Shown here in pieces: positions 40,180-54,021 of a stretch of 64,000 nucleotides of DNA (position 1 is the first letter of the stretch; every line of letters starts with the position of its first letter). Source of the DNA: Eledone cirrhosa. Its lineage: Eukaryota. Location: contig OZ024760.1 of the NCBI GenBank assembly GCA_964016885.1, positions 22,072,001 to 22,136,000 on the forward strand, written 5' to 3'. The position numbers were made by a program, and so were the translations under genes. Below the pieces are notes generated by a model, which was given only the letters and a program-made list of their open reading frames with translations, did not search any database and was not told where the DNA came from.

Positions 40180-40958
40180 AATTGTTTCTACTTCTGGCAC
40201 AAGGCCAGCAATTACCCCAGTGCATTACTGGTACTTTATTTTATCGACCCTCGTAAGAATGAAAGGCAAAGTCAACCTCGACGGGATTTGAACTAAGACC
40301 GTAAAGGGACGTAAGTCTATGCTGCAAAGAATGGCGTCCGACCCTCTACCGATACTGCCAATTCAACAATGGAAATAATAATTGTTTCTACTTTTGGCAC
40401 AAGGCCAGAAATTACCCCAGTGCATTACTGGTACTTTATTTTATCGACCCTCGTAAGAATGAAAGGCAAAGTCAACCTCGACGGGATTTGAACTCAGACC
40501 GTAAAGGGACGTAAGTCTATGCTGCAAAGAATGGCGTCCGACCCTCTACCGATACTGCCAATTCAACAATGGAAATAATTGTTTCTACTTTTGGCACAAG
40601 GCCAGCAATTATCCCAGTGCATTACTGGTACTTTATTTTATCGACCCTCGTAAGAATGAAAGGCAAAGTTAACCCCGACGGGATTTGAACTCAGATCATA
40701 AAGGGACGTAACTATGCTAGAAAGCATGGCGTCCGACCCTCTACCGATACTGAATGATTTCTTGTATAGGCACAAGGCCAGTAATTGGGGGAGGGGAAAG
40801 TCGATCAAATCGACCCCAGTCCGCGACTGGTACTTTATTTTATGGACCCTGTAAGGATGAAAAGCTAAGTTAACCTCGGCAGGATTCGAACTCAGATCAT
40901 AATGGGCCGTAACTCTATGCTGCAAAGCATGGCGTCCGACTCTACCGATATTACCAAT
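40180..40958 (-). mobile_element. Tandem array of four SINE copies
   Basis: Copies about 40180-40365, 40380-40565 (near-identical to the first), 40578-40752 and 40757-40958. Confidence 0.85.
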
Positions 40959-41199
40959 CAATAATAATAATAATAATAACAACAACAATAATAATAATTT
41001 AATGAGATGTAAAGAGAAAGATGATAAAAGGTGAAACGAGAAGGAAATAGTTGGCGGAAGAAGAGAAAGCTTATTGCAGGAAATAGTTTTGAGTCTGTGA
41101 GAAGTTGTTGAAGAAATATCGATTAAAAATTCCAGAATTGAGTGGAGAGATTAGAGAATATGGTAAATTGACTGGTGAAACTTTTAATGTCAGTCTTTG

Positions 41200-42375
41200 T
41201 GGTGTTGTGGTGTTGTGGTACTGAGGTGCTGTGTTGTGGTGTAGTGCTGTGTGTTAGTGTGGTGTGGTGTGGTGTTGTGGTACTGTGATATGGTGTTGTG
41301 TGATGTGGTGTTGTGTGATGTGGTGTTGTGATGTGGTGCTGTGATATGGTGTTGTGTGATGTGGTGTTGTGTGATGTGGTGTTGTGATGTGGTGTTGTGA
41401 TGTGATGTGGTGTGGTGTGGTGTGGTGTTGTGATGGTGTTATAGCGTTGTGGTGTTGTGGTGTAGTGTTGTGTTAGTGTGATGTGGTGTGGTGTTGTGAT
41501 GTGGTGCTGTGATATGGTGTTGTGTGATGTGGTGTTGTGTGATGTGGTGTTGTGGTGTGGTGTTGTGTGATGTGGTGTTGTGATGTGGTGTTGTGTGATG
41601 TGGTGTTGTGTGATGTGGTGTTGTGGTGTGGTGTTGTGTGGTGTGGTGTTGTGTGATGTGGTGTTGTGATGTGGTGTTGTGTGATGTGGTGTTGTGTGAT
41701 GTGGTGTTGTGGTGTGGTGTTGTGTGGTGTGGTGTTGTGTGATGTGGTGTTGTGTGATGTGGTGTTGTGTGGTGTGGTGTTGTGTGATGTGGTGTTGTGT
41801 GGTGTGGTGTTGTGTGATGTGGTGTTGTGATGTGGTGTTGTGTGGTGTGTGATGTGGTGTTGTGATGTGGTGTTGTGTGATGTGGTGTTGTGTGATGTGG
41901 TGTTGTGGTGTGGTGTTGTGTGATGTGGTGTTTGTGATGTGGTGTTGTGGTGTGGTGTTGTGTGTTGTGGTGTGGTGTTGTGTGATGTGGTGTTTGTGAT
42001 GTGGTGTTGTGTGGTGTTGTGTGATGTGGTGTTGTGATGTGGTGTTGTGTACTATTGTGAGATGTAGTGTTGTGTGGTGTGATGTTGTGATGTGGTGTTG
42101 TGTGCTATTGTGAGATGTAGTGTTGTGTGATGCGGTGTTGTGATGTGGTGTTGTGTGATGTGGTGTTGTGTGGTGTGGGTGGTGTTGTGTGGTGTGATGT
42201 TGTGATGTGGTGTTGTGTGCTATTATGAGACGTGGTGTTGTGATGTGGTGTTGTGATGTGGTGTTGTGTGATGTGGTGTTGTGTGATGTGGTGTTGTGTG
42301 GTGTGATGTTGTGATGTGGTGTTGTGTGCTATTGTGTGATGTGGTGTTGTGTGGTATTGTGTGATCTGGTGCTAT
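41200..42375. repeat. 13/15-bp GT-rich minisatellite
   Basis: TGTGTGATGTGGTGT variants. Confidence 0.9.
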
Positions 42376-42601
42376 GTGTGTTCAGTTAAACACATCTATT
42401 CGAGACAAAAACAGGCGACAGAAAAACTAAAATAGATTAGCATTAGTAGAAGATTATGTCTGACTTGGAGTGGGGTGCAGGAGGAGTTAGAGAATATATG
42501 ACAGTGGTGGTGGGGGTAGGAGGTTATATGGTGATGTGGTAGTGAGGTAGAGAGAGCGAGTGGTAGAGGAAGAAACACTGTGTACAAGAGGACTTTGTTC
42601 C

Positions 42602-42680
<79 letters not shown>

Positions 42681-42799
42681 CGTATCTACTTAACAGCCGA
42701 GAGAAAAGAGTAGTCGAAATAGAGTTTAAATATTCATTTTATTAAGGCTAAATTGTTTGTGAGTCTTATTACACTGGAGTTTCACATCCTTTTCGGATG

Positions 42800-42831
<32 letters not shown>

Positions 42832-42835
<4 letters not shown>

Positions 42836-42984
42836 CAACAGCCGAGATCCTACGAGCTTTTGATTCCAGAGTCCAACACATCGATACAGATGGAACTTTG
42901 AGCTGACCAATAGTGAAACGCGCGTCACCAATCAACAAATGTAACGAAGGCATAACAAATCGTGCTTGTATTATATATACTGTA

Positions 42985-43073
<89 letters not shown>

Positions 43074-43220
43074 CAACAGCCGAGATCCTACGAGCTTTTG
43101 ATTCCAGAGTCGAACACATCGATACAGATCGAACTTTGAGCTGACCAATAGTGAAACGCGCGTCACCAATCAACAAATGTAACGAAGGCATAACAAATCG
43201 TGCTTGTATTATATATACTG

Positions 43221-43225
<5 letters not shown>
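42832..43225 (+). mobile_element. Two tandem ~150-bp Penelope-like fragments (period 238 bp) with minimal-hammerhead 3' half, family C
   Basis: UGA-GCU(GACCAAU)AGU-GAAACGCGCGUC with palindromic ACGCGCGU; units separated by (TC)n(TA)n; CUGA part missing or mutated. Confidence 0.5.
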
Positions 43226-43316
<91 letters not shown>

Positions 43317-43733
43317 GAAAGAGAGTGAGAAAGATGGAGGGAGGGAGAGAGCGTGTGTGTCTTTCAACAAAAATGTGATTACGTGTGCAAAAAAACAAAC
43401 CCCACTACCACAGAGTAGAATTCGCGAACATAGAGTATTTCAAGGTAGGAGATATAAACACACCACTATAAAACAGGACAACATTAACACAGGGTGTTTC
43501 ACAACAGAATATATGACAGAAAATGGCGGAAACCTGGTAAAATAATGTCACACCGGATGTCGTCAAGTTAGTCGCTAACTTCCGTTCGTTCCTGTGTTCC
43601 ATTTCGTTTTTTTTCCGACCTAAAATATTATTTTTATTGATGTATTCTCAAGCCACCGTTTAATCAAATTATACTCAGACACATAAGATCTAGAAATATA
43701 TACGATTGGGCAATTATTTAAAGATTTAAAGAG

Positions 43734-43790
<57 letters not shown>

Positions 43791-44134
43791 TTTCCTTGAA
43801 CTATATAACTATATATGTATATATATATATATATGGTTTATATAAAGATCGGTCCATTTGTTATCTCACGGGATGGTTTAATGTCAGTTAAAAACAATAG
43901 CCATTCTCCAACGATATAAGACTTCAATGGTATCATCATAAACTGCCAACAAAACACACACCAGTCGTTAAAGATTCCACAGAAAATTCTCTTCGGTAAA
44001 TTAAAAGATATTAAGACTGATATTATAGCAATGATAGAGAGTTAAGTGTTTCTATTTTCACTCTGAATAGTAGAATGATAATGTTTCTGGCTATGTGGAG
44101 TATTTGAAGAATGTTTGTATTAATAGTCAGATAG

Positions 44135-44302
44135 AATGGCGACGATTTAATAGAGTCGTTAGGACGCTGGATAGATTTACGGTATTTGTTCCAGCTGTCT
44201 GAGCTCTGAATTCAAATCCTGCCGAAGTCAACTTTGCTTTTTATCCTTTCGTGGTAGATAAAAAGGATTTTTTCAAAAAGTACCAGTCTAGTACTGGGTC
44301 GT
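44135..44302 (+). mobile_element. Older diverged SINE copy
   Basis: GAATTCAAATCCTGCCGAAGTCAACTTTGCTTTTTATCCTTTCG...AAGTACCAGT. Confidence 0.65.
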
Positions 44303-44352
44303 TTCTTCCTCTATATCCTTTTCTCACTTCCTCTCTATCACACACACACACA

Positions 44353-44396
<44 letters not shown>

Positions 44397-44400
44397 GTCG

Positions 44401-44442
<42 letters not shown>

Positions 44443-44630
44443 GTCTATCTGTCACTTCTTTTCTCTCCTTTGGAAGATATCGGGTGTATTCAAACCCGGA
44501 GAGAAGGCCGGCTTCACCAGGGTTTTAAAAAAATGCCGCAGAAGCGCCGTATGTCACCACGGGGCCCCCCACAACGCCGTAGGGAGATATAAAGCCCCCC
44601 ACCCCCCAAAACAAAAAAATAGAGGGCTAT

Positions 44631-44805
44631 GGGTGCAGATATGGCCATATGGTCAACGAGTTCGCTCCACAACCATGTTGTATCGGGTTCAATCCCTCTT
44701 CAAGATACCTTGAGCAAGTGTCTTCTGCTATCTGGCCCCGGCTTCAACAAGGATTTGTGACTGAAATTTGGTAGACCGAAACTTCTTAGAAGCCCAAATT
44801 GTATG
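44631..44805 (+). mobile_element. tRNA-derived CORE-like SINE (second family)
   Basis: A box TGGCCATATGG, B box GGTTCAATCCC, CORE-like ACCTTGAGCAAGTGTCTT, 3' TTTGGTAGACCGAAACT followed by a (TG) tail. Confidence 0.65.
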
Positions 44806-45170
44806 TATGTATATACGTGTGCGTGTGTATAGTAGTGGTAGTAACAACAGTAGTAGTAGCAATAGTAATAAAATACCAGCAGCAGCAGTAGCAACGGTAG
44901 TAGTTGTTGTAGTTGTACTAGTAGTAATAATAGCATTAGTAGTAGCAGCAGCAGCAGCAGTAGTAGAAGTAGTAGTAATAGTAGTAGTAGTAGCAGCAGT
45001 AGTAGTAGCAGTAGCAGTAGTGGTAGTAGTAGCAGTAGTAGTAGTAGTAATAGTAGTAGCAGTAGTGGTAGTAGTAGCAGTAGTAGTAGTAGCAGTATTA
45101 GTTGTAGTAGTAGTAGTAGCAATAGTAGTAGTAGTAGTGGTAGTAGTAGCAGTAGTAGCAGTAGTGGTAT

Positions 45171-45232
<62 letters not shown>

Positions 45233-45262
45233 GCAGTAGCAGCAGTAGTAGTACTAGTAGCC

Positions 45263-45293
<31 letters not shown>

Positions 45294-45310
45294 CAATAGT
45301 AGTAGTAGTG

Positions 45311-45344
<34 letters not shown>

Positions 45345-45376
45345 CAGTAGTAGCAGTAGTAGTAGTACTAGTAGCC

Positions 45377-45412
<36 letters not shown>

Positions 45413-46250
45413 TCAGTTCTCTAGTGTTGTGATGGCGGCTGTATGCCTGCGTAAATTTGAGAACATGTGTGAGTATATATATGTGAGTGTCTATGTGTTT
45501 GTTAGTGTGTGTTTGTGTATGTATTTGGCTGTGTGTTTGTGTATGTGTGATTGTGTATATATATTTCTGTCTATGTATGTTTGTGTAATGGTTGATGTTT
45601 GTGAATGTGTGTGTGGTATTTGTCTATGTGCGTATGTCATATTTATCTATGTGTGTTTCTACGTGTTTATGTGTGTGTGTATCTGTGTGTGTGTATTGGG
45701 TGATGTTAGTCTATGAGTGTGTCTGTGTGTCTGTGTGTGTGTGTGTATGTGTGTATCTGTGTGTGTATTGGTTCATGTTAGTCTATGAGTGTGTGTTTAT
45801 ATGTGTGTGTGTATTGATTGATGTTAGTCTATGAGTGTGTGTTTATATGTGTGTGTGTATTGATTGATGTTAGTCTATGAGTGTGTGTATATATGTGTGT
45901 ATGTATGTGTGTATATGTGTGTGTCTGTGTGTGTGTATCTGTGTGTGTATTGGTTGATGTTAGTCTATGAGTGTGTGTATTGGTTGATGTTAGTCTATGA
46001 GTGTGTGTATATATGTGTGTATGTATGTGTGTCTGTGTGTGTGTGTCTGTGTGTGTGTGTGTGTATGTATCTGTGTGATGTATTGGTGATGTTTATCTAC
46101 GAGTGTGTGTATATATGTGTGTATATATGTGTATATGTATGTGTGTATCTGTGTGTCTGTGTGTATTGATTGATGTTAGTCTATGTGTGTGTGTTTATAT
46201 GTGTGTGTATGTGTGTGTATTGGTTGACGTTCGTCTATGAGTGTGTGTGT

Positions 46251-46317
<67 letters not shown>

Positions 46318-47439
46318 TGTGTGTGTGTGTATCTGTGTGATGTTAGTCTCTGTCCCGTTGTTGGTATGTCTGTATTGTTTGTCGTCTGAATATGTGGAGC
46401 GAGTAACATACCAGCTGTGACTGAGGATTACTTACAATACAAACATTACACCACCACCACCACTACCACCACCACTATCACCACTGCCACCACTACCACC
46501 ACTACCACCACTACTATCACCACCACCACCACTACCACAATTACCACCACTACTATCACAACCACCACCACTACCACCACCACCACTACCACCACTACTA
46601 TCACCACTATCACCACTACCACCACTACTACCACCACTACTATCACCACTACCACCGCCACTACCACCACTACTATCACCACTATCACCACCACTACCAC
46701 AATTACCACCTCCACTACCTCCACTATCACTACTACTATCACTACCACCACTACTATCACCACTACCACCGCCACTACCACCACTACCACCACTACTATC
46801 ACCACTACTACCACAGTTACCACCTCCACTACCACCACTACCACCACTACTATCACCACTACCACCGCCACTACCACCACTACCACCACTACTATCACCA
46901 CTACTACCACAATTACCACCTCCACTACCACCACTATCACTACTACTATCACTACCACCACTACCACCACCACTACCACCCCTACCACCACCACTACACC
47001 CTCATGTTTTACCCTTCCGCCTACAACATTACCCCTCCCGTTACCCTACCCTAACAACAACAATAACCCCCAACCCCTACTACTTTAACCCTTACCCTAA
47101 AACATCTCACCCCATTACCCTTCCCCGAACAACATCCCCACACGTTACCCTACCCCCAAAACAGCAATAACTCCTGTCCCAGCTACTCCAACAACATCTC
47201 ACCCTGTTACCCTTCCTCCAACAACATTTCCACCCATTACCCTACCCCGACAATAACCCCAGCCCCAGCCCCAACTACTTCAACCCTACCCCCACAACAG
47301 CAATAACCCCACAAAAACCAAGACAGCACAGCAAACATCACTATCACCACCATTACAACAACCTAATTTACAATCCCTTCCACCCCCACTATCACCCCCC
47401 CCCCCCAATCACCCCCACCACCATTTGTCTCAGTGTAGT

Positions 47440-47755
47440 CGGGGTAACCACAGTAAATAAGGTACTCAATACATGTTTAGAGTGACGAGGAAAAGCTTCT
47501 ACAGGCCTAGAACTCATTCCTATGAAATCACCAGAAATGCACCTAATGATTTCATACAAATGAAACAGTTCTACTCCGGTAGAAGCCTTTTCTATATAAA
47601 CCTACCAGCCCCCCCCCCCCCCTCTCTCTCTCTCTATGTATGTACTAGCAGGGAGACTTATGCTAGTCCCGGCAACTTCTTATATATATACAGTTCAGAT
47701 CTAGCTGTCAAAACGGCAGGAGCTCAGCCGTCGGGGTCCTGACTATTTTCCTATA
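47440..47755. mobile_element. Degenerate inverted pair of family A hammerheads plus a family B fragment
   Basis: GCTTCTACAGGCCTAGAACT...AAATCACCAG, then CTAATGATTTCATACAAATGAAACAGTTCTACTCCGGTAGAAGC; at 47690-47755 GTCAAAACGGCAGGAGCTCAGCCGTCGGGG. Confidence 0.5.
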
Positions 47756-48429
47756 TATATATATATATATATATACAAGACATACGCACACATACACACC
47801 GAGACAGACACATACATACACACACGCACATATATACATACATACATACATACATACATACAAATAGAGATAGACATACAGAAAGAAAAACAACCTAACA
47901 GAGACAGACAGACAGACACACACACACACGTACACACATACATACACAGACAGACAGAGAGATAGACAGACTCACACACACACACACACATACACACACA
48001 CACGTACACACACACAGACGACACACGCAGATAAACAGACAAACAGAGAGATAGAGAAACAGACACACACACACAAACACAAACACATACAGACAAAGGA
48101 CACAAACAGACAGGCACACATACACACACACATACGCAGACAAACAGAGAGATAGAGAAACAGATGTACTCACACACACATACACACACATACATACACA
48201 CACAAAGGAAGAGCAATTATACAATATATGTACAACAGGCATTTTTGGGGTCTTTCTCCAGTTAAAATAGGGGTTAGTGTTGCGGATCCCTATGGCAGGG
48301 AGACATTTTTGAGGTAACAGTTTATGGGCTTCCAGACGCCAACTCTTACATATATGGGGGGACGGGAATCGAGCGAATTGGTGGGTGGTATGTATATACA
48401 TGCAATAATTCAGAAATACATACATGCCT

Positions 48430-48771
48430 GTATATATGGTCTTTAAAGCGATGAAATACCAATGAAGGTTGGAAAATCACTGATGAAGGACTATTTTTAT
48501 CATATGTAACCCTTTTTCAACCACGCAGTATTCATTCTTCTCATGTTTATATATATATATATATATATTCGTTGCTTTACCATCATTTATTTACACTCTC
48601 GCTCGTTCCCCTTATTTACGTGTCCCAACGACTTTCTTTAGCCGTTGCTCGTACCAACCAGAGGTATATGGTCTTTAAAGCTATGAAATACCAATGATGG
48701 TTGGAAGATCACTGATGAAGGACTAACTTTATTCATATGTAACCCATTTGCAACCACGTAGCACGTTTGTT

Positions 48772-48831
<60 letters not shown>

Positions 48832-49101
48832 ATATATTAATAAATGGAAACTATATTTATAAAACCATATTTATTTTATTATATATATTTCAAGAGCAAC
48901 CAACCTATTGTGCGCTTTCAATGGAAAAAGATGAGTATTGACGTACATGTACGTCAATACTCATCTTTTTCCATTTCTCCGAGAGTTCCTAACCCCACTA
49001 TCAGGGTAAATAATTTCTTTAATTTCTTTAGTCAAAATACGGCGAGAGCTTACATTTCTAATAATTTCAAACCAACTCGCTGTTTCGAAAATATTCTTAC
49101 T

Positions 49102-49164
<63 letters not shown>

Positions 49165-49167
49165 TAA

Positions 49168-49199
<32 letters not shown>

Positions 49200-49337
49200 T
49201 AATGCGATGAAATACCAATGATGGTTGGAAAATCACTGACGAAGGACTATTTTTATCATATGTAACCTATGTGCAACCACGTAGTATTTTTCTTTCTTCT
49301 CATGTTTTTTATATATATATATATATGTATATATGTG

Positions 49338-49377
<40 letters not shown>

Positions 49378-49470
49378 AATGATCGTTGGCAAATCACTGA
49401 TGAGGGACTCATTTTATAACATGTTGTAATCCATGTGCAACCATGCAGTATTCTTCTCCCCATATTTTTC
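48430..49470 (+). repeat. Four copies of a ~105-bp unit containing CTGA(T/C)GA, spaced by (TA)n (family D)
   Basis: GAAATACCAATGA.GGTTGG.A.ATCACTGA(T/C)GAAGGACT....T.T.CATATGTAACC...CAACCACG at about 48430, 48663, 49200 and 49374. Confidence 0.75.
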
Positions 49471-49498
49471 ATATATATATATATATATATATATATGT

Positions 49499-50040
<542 letters not shown>

Positions 50041-50141
50041 ATATATATATATGTATATATGTATATATATATTTATGTATTTATTTATATATTTATGTAT
50101 ATATATATATATGTGTATTTATTTATGTATATATTTATGTG

Positions 50142-50196
<55 letters not shown>

Positions 50197-50587
50197 ATCT
50201 ATCTATATAAATATATATGTGTAGACATGCATATAAATACACCTGTATCAGTATAACTCTTTCTCCTCTCTCGCTCTCTCTCTCTCTATATATATATATA
50301 CATAAATAAATAAATATATATATATATACACACACAGATAGATTGCTATCTATATTTAAAAGCGTTCAATCAAAGATGACAAGAGATTTGCTAGATCAAT
50401 TAAGCTGCCCTGTAAGCTGATGTTTTTTTCAGCTCCACTGGTGCTTAAAAAATACGACCTACATCACCGTTGTTTAGTGCTTATAATGAGACACTCCTGA
50501 CACACACCCACGAACCCCCACGTATATATATATGTGTGTGTATGTATGTATGTATGTATGTATGTATGTATGTATGTATGTTATATC

Positions 50588-50745
50588 AGGGTTTTCCTTC
50601 TCCTAGAATTCTGCCTTGACAAAGGCTAAGGGGTCATCTCTTCCGGTGATTTTGGATGGCCATTGACTCTTAAGAGCTTCTTTGCCCTTTAACAGGTTTT
50701 GTTTTTAGTCCTGCAGGATGTCCAAAATCACCCTCCTCACCAAGA
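50588..50745 (-). mobile_element. Inverted fragment of the same RTE-derived element
   Basis: Reverse complement matches 51022-51117 and 51238-51292 (CTTGGTGAGGAGGGTGATTTTGGACA..CTGCAGGAC; CTAGGAGAAGG). Confidence 0.65.
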
Positions 50746-50765
50746 AACACTATGTGTCAATAATT

Positions 50766-50920
50766 GTCACAAGTGTAGTGTTTGTACCAGAGTTTTCAAG
50801 TCGCTGGCTGGACTAAAACTCACACTTGTTGAGCGCATCGGTAGGGGTTCTCCTACATGGATATAAAGTAGTGGCCGTACTCGAAAACGAGTTGGCAGCC
50901 ACCATGTATGTATGTATGTG
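50766..50920 (+). mobile_element. 3' end of an RTE-clade LINE (C-terminal zinc finger, 3' UTR hairpin, (ATGT)n tail)
   Basis: Translates HKCSVCTRVFKSLAGLK/..AHR*, the CxxC..R.F.S..GL..H...H pattern of RTE C-termini; then ACTCG-AAAA-CGAGT hairpin and microsatellite tail. Confidence 0.65.
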
Positions 50921-51008
50921 TTGTCGGGTCACTCTTGAGTGCTACTGGTAACATGTAACCCAGTACAACCTGTCGCATGGTCGGGTCGTCGGCGACTAAA
51001 CCGGCAAC
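50920..51008 (+). ncRNA. Candidate HDV-like ribozyme core at an RTE 5' end
   Basis: P2 GUUGUCGG(G)U / ACCGGCAAC; P3 CAC(UCUUGA)GUG; P1-3' CUACU; P1.1 GG; P4 region; J4/2 CUAA with C50996. Confidence 0.45.
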
Positions 51009-51548
51009 CCCACCAAGTTTACTTGGTGAGGAGGGTGATTTTGGACACCCTGCAGGACAAAAAAACAAAACCTGACAAAGGGCGGAAGAACTCATAAGAG
51101 TCAACAGCCATCCAAATGTGTGTAATTATGTCTATACACATGTACATATGTGTGTATACATGGGTGCATGTGTATGTATATGCGCGGGGACATAGAAATA
51201 GTCGGGCTGGACACCCGATCGCGCGGTAAAACCGGTGGAAGTGAAGGACCCCTAGCCTTTGTCATGGCATTCTTCTAGGAGAAGGTAACTCAGGAAACTG
51301 GGATAACTCCGATATAAAACCTGCGGCTCAGTAGTTACCGATGATGTTGATCTTTTCTTCTTTTAGGGTTATAGCTACTGTCGCTCAGAGAGTGGGATTG
51401 GCTCAGTGCACAGTCTTTCCTCACTTTAAAAAATATCTTCCCGCACAGGCATTGCACGATAGAATTAATAATTATTAATAATGGTATATCATGCAATGGC
51501 CATACTCGATAACGAGGGGGCAGCCATCATTTATATATGTATGTATGT
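50920..51548 (+). mobile_element. Non-autonomous bipartite RTE-derived element (5' UTR joined to 3' tail)
   Basis: 5' UTR-like blocks 50920-51117 and 51238-51292; 51480-51548 repeats the 3' UTR hairpin and tail seen at 50857-50920. Confidence 0.5.
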
Positions 51549-52189
51549 GTTTGTGTGCTGGAGTTGTAGTCTGGTAAAGAATACCTCAAATTGGGAGGAG
51601 TCATAACAGAGCTGACGATCTGAGATCTGGTCTCATTAGAGTACGCTAGATTTGGTTTCAGTGAAACAATTGTACCTTAATGACACAATAATGTTACTCT
51701 GCGTAATCCGATATCTGTAGCCTGATGACGTCTAACATCCCCATAGCAGTAATTGCAGACGTCCGAAGGTTGTTTTGCAGGGAGCTTGGGTTATAGAAGG
51801 ATGTGAGAGGTTTAATACTTCCCTAAGCTGTTTGGAGTGGGGGACTGAGGTCTATAGATTAGGTTTGAGTTCCTGTTTGACTATTGTTTAATCTGGGTGT
51901 ATTTATGTTGAAGTTACAAAGCCTCACACACATTTATATATATGTTTGATTGTGTGTATATATGTATATTTACACACACACAAACACATATGTATATATG
52001 TATATTATATATATACAGATTGTTTTTTTTGTTTCAGAAGATCCCGTTAAGGGTGAAAGCAGCGATTCTTTGCTTAAACTTTAATCTGTTATTTTAATAA
52101 ATATTTGCTCTTCGGTTCTTATATATTTGATATATATTTATCCTTATCGAGCCCTCTTTGGATTTTAGTCTTCACATTTATTATTATTA

Positions 52190-52358
52190 CAGGTTGGACG
52201 CCATGCTTTCCAGCATAGTTACGTCCCTTTACAGTCTGAGTTCAAATCCCGCCGAGGTTAACTTTGCCTTTCATCCTTACGGGGTCGATAAATAAAGTAC
52301 AAGTAATGTACTGGATAATTGCTGGCCTTGTGCCTAAAGTAAAAACAATTATTACATG

Positions 52359-52436
<78 letters not shown>

Positions 52437-52515
52437 CACACAGGTGTATGTGTGTGTGTGTGTGTAATACGAAACAAATATACACATGTGCACAAACACA
52501 GACACACACAAACAT

Positions 52516-52560
<45 letters not shown>

Positions 52561-52652
52561 GTGAGGCACACAGACACAGGGGTCGATAAAATAAAGTACC
52601 AGTAATGTACTGGGTATTTGCTGGCCTTGTGCCTAAATTAGAAACAATTATT
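52190..52652 (+). mobile_element. 5'-truncated SINE (52190-52352) and a 3' fragment (52578-52652)
   Basis: B box, central domain and tail match the main family. Confidence 0.8.
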
Positions 52653-52956
52653 ACATACATATATATATATATAGTTATGTAATAAACAACATAAGGCAAT
52701 TATTCCATTTACCAGTGGTTTACATGGAATAATTGCCTTATGTTGTTTATTACATAACTATTAAGCTCTGTTACCTACATAGAGCACTCTTTTTTCCTGG
52801 ACTTTTCCAACGGAATTACTTCATTCATACATATATATATATAGGTGTGTGTGTGTGTAATATGGAACACAGACACACATATACACATATAGGTGTATGT
52901 GTGTGTGTGTGTAATACGGAACAAATACACACATGTGCACAAACACAGACAAACAT

Positions 52957-53036
<80 letters not shown>

Positions 53037-53411
53037 GAGACACACAGACACACACGCAATGTCGTCCATTTAAATGTAAACATATTTTCCATTGAAACCA
53101 AAGTTAATCATTTTAAAAGGAGATTTTACAGTTTTCGTATAGCGCTGTACCAATACAATGTCAGCACTGTAGACATCGTTTATATAGAAATATTGGATTT
53201 ACCTATGGGACACATCTTACCAATTCTTATCTGCAACAGACATTCTCTGATCTTTAATCTTTTGTACTGAATACTGTTAGTGTGTGTGTGTACACGCGCG
53301 TGTGTGTGAGTGTGTTGTGAGTGTGTGTTTATGTATGTTTGAAAATCTCTTTCTCTCCATTTATATATATATATATATCATATATATATATTATATATAA
53401 TCATATATATG

Positions 53412-53488
<77 letters not shown>

Positions 53489-53707
53489 TATATATATATA
53501 TTATATATAATCATATATATGTATATATATATATTATATATAATCATATATATGTATGTATGTATATTATATATAATCATATATATGTATGTATGTATAT
53601 TATATATATAATCATATATATATATATATTTATATATCATATATAATCATATATATGTATATATATATATATCATATATATATATATTATATATAATCAT
53701 ATATATG

Positions 53708-53743
<36 letters not shown>

Positions 53744-53754
53744 ATATAATCATA

Positions 53755-53811
<57 letters not shown>

Positions 53812-53945
53812 ATGTGTGTGTGTGTGTGTATATAGTAGGTGTGAGTGTATGCGTATGTCTATGTATATGTGTAGGTGTCGGGGTATGTATGTATATGTGT
53901 GTGCGTTTGTGTGTATACAGGTGTGTATCAGTCTGTGTATAGGTG

Positions 53946-54021
<76 letters not shown>

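Noticed and set aside
46417-47088. Mucin-like poly-Thr ORF
   Set aside because: (CAC/TAC)n microsatellite; no signal peptide or splice evidence.
51720-51768. CTGATGA followed by a GACGTCT/AGACGTC hairpin as a hammerhead
   Set aside because: No GAAA after the stem and no stem III or stem I.
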